This document shows, one piece after another, positions 60,248 through 64,000 of a stretch of DNA of 64,000 bases (within the stretch, counting starts at the first letter, position 1; every line of letters begins with the position of its first letter). This DNA comes from Clostridia bacterium. GTDB lineage: Bacteria > Bacillota > Clostridia > CAKSNL01 > HGM11501. Made by a program: the position numbers and the translations under genes. The notes beneath the pieces are model-generated. The model did not search any database. It was not told the DNA's origin and saw nothing but the letters and a program-made list of their open reading frames with translations. The DNA is taken from NCBI GenBank assembly GCA_045123995.1, contig JBGVKY010000014.1, forward strand, positions 128,710-192,709. The letters run 5' to 3'.

Positions 60248-61270
60248 TTGACAAGAGAATTAAACGTGGGAAATGTAAAAATCGGCGGTGGAGCAAAAAT
60301 AAGCGTTCAGTCCATGACGAACACAGATACGAAGGATGTGAAAGCTACACTTTTGCAGATAGACCGTTTGTATAAGGCAGGCTGTGACATAGTAAGAGTG
60401 ACCGTACCGGATAAAGAAGCAGCAGATGCCTTGTTTGAGATTTGTGCAAAAAGTCCCATTCCTGTGGTTTCTGATATACACTTTGATTATAAACTGGCAC
60501 TTTTGAGCATGGAGGCAGGGGTTTCCAAGGTCAGAATAAATCCGGGGAACATCGGAAATTCCGAAAATGTAAAAAAAGTGGCTTTAATGGCTAAGGAGAA
60601 AAAGATTCCCATAAGAATCGGAGTCAACGGAGGCTCCCTTGAAAAGGATTTGCTTCCGGTATCGGCAGAAAGTATGGTTGAAAGTGCTCGTCGTCATATA
60701 AAGATGCTGGAGGATTGTGACTTTTATGATATAGCTCTTTCTCTTAAATCCTCTGATGTGAAAACAACCGTTGAGGCATATAGACTGGCAAGCAAAACTT
60801 TTCCCTATCCTTTACATCTGGGAATAACGGAGGCGGGAACTGCCTACGGAGGAATTATCCGTTCCTCGGCAGGTATAGGGGCACTTTTGCTTGACGGAAT
60901 AGGGGACACTATTAGAATTTCCCTGACCGATGATCCGGTCCGTGAGGTAGAGGCAGGAATAGAGCTTTTAAAAGCCCTTGATTTAAGGGGCGGAGCTAAA
61001 CTTATATCATGTCCCACCTGCGGAAGAACAAAAATAGATTTAATCAAGATAGCATCAGAGGTATCAGAAAGACTTAAAGGTGTCAATAAGGACATGACCG
61101 TAGCAGTTATGGGCTGTGCAGTAAACGGCCCGGGTGAAGCGAAAAATGCCGATATAGGAATCGCAGGAGGAATTAACGAAGCGCTTTTATTCAAAAAGGG
61201 AGAAATAGTAAAGAAAATTCCTCAGGAGAAAATAGTTGAAGAGCTATTTGATGAAATAGAGAAAATGTGA
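60248..61270 (+). CDS. ispG: 4-hydroxy-3-methylbut-2-en-1-yl diphosphate synthase (flavodoxin)
   Basis: MTRELNVGNVKIGGGAKISVQSMT start and C-terminal [4Fe-4S] cysteines (CPTCGR, GCAVNG). TTG start 6 nt after GGGGGA. Confidence 0.9.
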   Translation: MTRELNVGNVKIGGGAKISVQSMTNTDTKDVKATLLQIDRLYKAGCDIVRVTVPDKEAADALFEICAKSPIPVVSDIHFDYKLALLSMEAGVSKVRINPGNIGNSENVKKVALMAKEKKIPIRIGVNGGSLEKDLLPVSAESMVESARRHIKMLEDCDFYDIALSLKSSDVKTTVEAYRLASKTFPYPLHLGITEAGTAYGGIIRSSAGIGALLLDGIGDTIRISLTDDPVREVEAGIELLKALDLRGGAKLISCPTCGRTKIDLIKIASEVSERLKGVNKDMTVAVMGCAVNGPGEAKNADIGIAGGINEALLFKKGEIVKKIPQEKIVEELFDEIEKM

Positions 61271-61348
61271 ATTTATAAAAGAGCACATTTAAGATAAAGC
61301 TGTCGAAGATAAAAACTTATAAATTTATCTTAAACAAGGGAGATATGT

Positions 61349-62224
61349 ATGAAATTATCGGAGTTATTTAAGAAAAAGGAACCAACGTTGTCTTTTGAAG
61401 TGTTTCCTCCTAAAACGCAGGATAATTTTGAAAGTGTGAAAACTGCAACCGAGAAAATTGCAGAATTAAACCCTCACTTTATGAGTGTAACTTACGGAGC
61501 GGGTGGAGGTACAAGCAAATATACTTTGGATATTGCGTCAAATTTATTAAATAACTACGGCGTTACTCCTTTGGCACATTTAACATGCCTTTCTTCCACA
61601 AAAAGCAAAATAATTGAACAGTTACATCTTCTTAAAGAGAATAAAATAGAAAATATTTTAGCTTTGAGAGGGGATATTCCCGAAGGTCAGGAAAATATTA
61701 AAAGAGAATATAAATATGCCAGTGAGCTTATTTATGATATAAAGGCAAACGGTGATTTTTGCATAGGCGGTGCTTGTTATCCGGAAAAACATATAGAATC
61801 CAGAAACTTTGAAGAGGATATAAAGCATCTTAAAGAAAAGGTATCATCAGGCTGTGACTTTTTAACAACACAGATGTTTTTTGATAATGAAGTGTTATAC
61901 AGCTATCTTTATAAAATAAGAGAAGCAGGGATAACCGTTCCCATCGTTGCAGGAATTATGCCTGTTACCAATGTACTGCAGGTAAAGAAAATCTGTGCCA
62001 TTTCGGGAACAAGCTATCTACCGAAAAGATTCAAGGCAATCGTGGATAAATTCGGTGACAATAAAGAAGCTATGTATCAGGCAGGAATTATCTATGCTAC
62101 AGACCAGATTATTGACCTTTTGGCAAACGGAGTAAATTCCATTCATGTCTATACCATGAATAAGAGCGATGTGGCTTCTAAAATTCAGGACAATTTATCG
62201 GATATTATTCCGAAAAGGGCTTAA
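61349..62224 (+). CDS. metF: 5,10-methylenetetrahydrofolate reductase
   Basis: FEVFPPKT, and TYGAGG FAD-binding TIM-barrel motifs. Confidence 0.85.
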   Translation: MKLSELFKKKEPTLSFEVFPPKTQDNFESVKTATEKIAELNPHFMSVTYGAGGGTSKYTLDIASNLLNNYGVTPLAHLTCLSSTKSKIIEQLHLLKENKIENILALRGDIPEGQENIKREYKYASELIYDIKANGDFCIGGACYPEKHIESRNFEEDIKHLKEKVSSGCDFLTTQMFFDNEVLYSYLYKIREAGITVPIVAGIMPVTNVLQVKKICAISGTSYLPKRFKAIVDKFGDNKEAMYQAGIIYATDQIIDLLANGVNSIHVYTMNKSDVASKIQDNLSDIIPKRA

Positions 62225-62226
62225 AA

Positions 62227-62823
62227 ATGGTTAATACATATTTTCTTGAAAGCGAAAAGCTTTTGATAGATGAGAACGAAGTTTTAAGGTATATGGGTAT
62301 GGGCGGATTAAAGGAATTTCCGGAAGAAATTTTAGTTCTTGTAAAAAAAGGAATTTTGGAACTGAAAGAAAAGATGAACTTAAAAGCCTGCTATGAAAAA
62401 TATCCCGTTTCGTTGAATGGTGATGAAGTTAACTTAGGTTTTACAACCTTAAATTCTTTAAGCCTGGCTAAAAATCTTAAAAATTGCCGTGAAGCTATAG
62501 TTTTTGCGGCAACAATAGGTATAGATACAGACAGAATTCTTGGAAAGTATTCTATAATTTCGCCTTCTTATGCCAATACCCTTCAGGCAGTCGGCACAGC
62601 AGCCATTGAAAGCTTCTGCGACATTCTGATGGAATATTTATCCCGAAAAGAAGGGGAGCTTTGTCCACGCTTCAGTCCGGGATACGGTGATTTGAAATTA
62701 GATGTTCAAAATGATATATTGAATAAATTAGAAAGCAGAAAAAACATAGGCTTGCATATTACGGATTCGCTTATTATGATACCTTCCAAATCGGTTTCTG
62801 CCATAGTGGGGATAAAAGAATAA
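62227..62823 (+). CDS. standalone methionine synthase activation (AdoMet-binding reactivation) domain protein
   Basis: A ~198-aa ORF between metF and metH whose C-terminal RFSPGYGD.. region resembles the MetH reactivation domain. Confidence 0.55.
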   Translation: MVNTYFLESEKLLIDENEVLRYMGMGGLKEFPEEILVLVKKGILELKEKMNLKACYEKYPVSLNGDEVNLGFTTLNSLSLAKNLKNCREAIVFAATIGIDTDRILGKYSIISPSYANTLQAVGTAAIESFCDILMEYLSRKEGELCPRFSPGYGDLKLDVQNDILNKLESRKNIGLHITDSLIMIPSKSVSAIVGIKE

Positions 62824-62853
62824 CTCACAAACATTAAAAGACGGGAGTCAGTT

Positions 62854-64000
62854 ATGAGTATTTTAGAAAAACTAGGAAAAGAAAGACTGTATTTTGACGG
62901 TGGTTACGGCACTCTTTTTCAGGAAAGAGGCTTAAAAGCCGGTCAATTGCCTGAAATGTGGAATATAGAACAAAGGCAGGAAGTCATAAATATACATAAA
63001 GAATATCTTGAAAGTGGTTGTGATATTATTACAGCCAATACATTTGGTGCGAACATACTTAAGTATGATGGAAAAGACGGACGTCCTACATTGAAAGAGA
63101 TTATAAAGGCGGCGATAGAGAATGCTAAAGAAGCCGTACGCGGATTTTCCGGAGAAAAGTATGTGGCATTGGATATAGGTCCAACTGGAAAGCTCTTAAA
63201 ACCTCTGGGGGACTTAGATTTTGAAGATGCGATCGATATATTTTCTGAAACTGTAAAACTTGGAGTTAAGTTCGGGGCAGATTTGATTATAATTGAAACC
63301 ATGAACGATTCTTACGAAACAAAAGCAGCAGTTTTAGCAGCAAAGGAAAATTCCAATCTGCCAGTGTTTGTAACAAATACCTACGATGAAAGCGGAAAGC
63401 TTATGACCGGGGCAAATGTTCCGGCTATGATTGCACTGCTTGAGGGATTAAGAGTAGATGCTCTTGGAATAAACTGCGGATTTGGCCCCGATAAAATGGG
63501 ATTTTTGGTAGACCAATTTATTAAGCACTCTTCAATACCTATAATAGTCAATCCGAATGCAGGATTGCCGAAAGTTAAAGACGGCAAAACGATATTTGAT
63601 ATAACTCCGTCAGAATTTGCAAAAAACATGGAGGAAATTGCGAAAAAGGGCGTTATGATTTTAGGAGGATGCTGTGGCACAACTCCCAGTCATATAAAAG
63701 AACTTGTAAAGAGAACAGAAAGTATCTCACTTAATCCTCCTGTTGAAAAGGAAGAAACAATAGTTTCTTCTTACACACATGCGGTAAAATTTGATGAAAG
63801 ACCGGTACTTATAGGGGAAAGAATAAATCCTACGGGAAAACCGCTTTTTAAGACTGCGTTGAAAGAGGAAAATTACGATTATATATTAAAAGAGGGGGTA
63901 TCCCAGGAAGAAAAAGGCGTTGATATTCTGGACGTCAATGTGGGACTTCCTGAAATTGATGAAGTAAAGGTTCTTGAAAAAACCGTTAAAATGCTTCAGT
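62854..64000 (+). CDS. metH: methionine synthase, N-terminal homocysteine S-methyltransferase domain (3' end outside window)
   Basis: The frame stays open to the window end (so it is absent from the ORF track). MSILEKLGKERLYFDGGYGT.., GINCG and GGCCGTTP zinc-binding motifs; GGGAG ribosome-binding site. Confidence 0.8.
   Translation, partial: MSILEKLGKERLYFDGGYGTLFQERGLKAGQLPEMWNIEQRQEVINIHKEYLESGCDIITANTFGANILKYDGKDGRPTLKEIIKAAIENAKEAVRGFSGEKYVALDIGPTGKLLKPLGDLDFEDAIDIFSETVKLGVKFGADLIIIETMNDSYETKAAVLAAKENSNLPVFVTNTYDESGKLMTGANVPAMIALLEGLRVDALGINCGFGPDKMGFLVDQFIKHSSIPIIVNPNAGLPKVKDGKTIFDITPSEFAKNMEEIAKKGVMILGGCCGTTPSHIKELVKRTESISLNPPVEKEETIVSSYTHAVKFDERPVLIGERINPTGKPLFKTALKEENYDYILKEGVSQEEKGVDILDVNVGLPEIDEVKVLEKTVKMLQ

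Noticed and set aside
62943-63680. Minus-strand ORFs 62943-63302 and 63381-63680
   Set aside because: They are antisense to a clearly conserved metH N-terminal domain on the plus strand (62854 onward). That gene is missing from the ORF track only because it has no stop codon inside the window.

Overview
This 64-kb window reads as a densely packed core chromosomal segment of a low-GC Firmicute, most likely class Clostridia. The cues are the rplU-prp-rpmA and tig-clpP-clpX arrangements, sporulation-type genes (ylmC/ymxH, a SipL/SpoVID-like DUF3794+LysM protein, a DUF1540 protein), TTG/GTG starts and GGAGG ribosome-binding sites. Gene content is translation and tRNA modification (rimO, tcdA, mnmA, ttcA, rsmD), DNA repair (recX, uvrBA, nth), and central metabolism (pgi, pfk, acn-icd, serCA, thrC, xpt, coaD, ispG). 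It also holds a Cu P-type ATPase, a STAS-less SulP, a ClC channel and an MFS transporter. Energy metabolism is represented by an electron-bifurcating-type EtfBA plus FAD lactate dehydrogenase cluster and iorAB, and there is a split methionine synthase region (metF, a standalone activation domain, then a metH N-terminal part running off the 3' end). I found no rRNA or tRNA genes, CRISPR arrays, IS elements, integrases, phage or defense cassettes, and intergenic space is minimal. Nothing in the window is an obvious novel system; the interesting material is small-scale and listed below. The most notable item is a trigger-factor C-terminal lysine/alanine-rich tandem-repeat extension; the remaining items are listed in the findings. 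Coordinates of gene starts were re-derived from ribosome-binding-site spacing where the ORF track over-extends. All functional calls rest on motif and family recognition by eye, not database searches.
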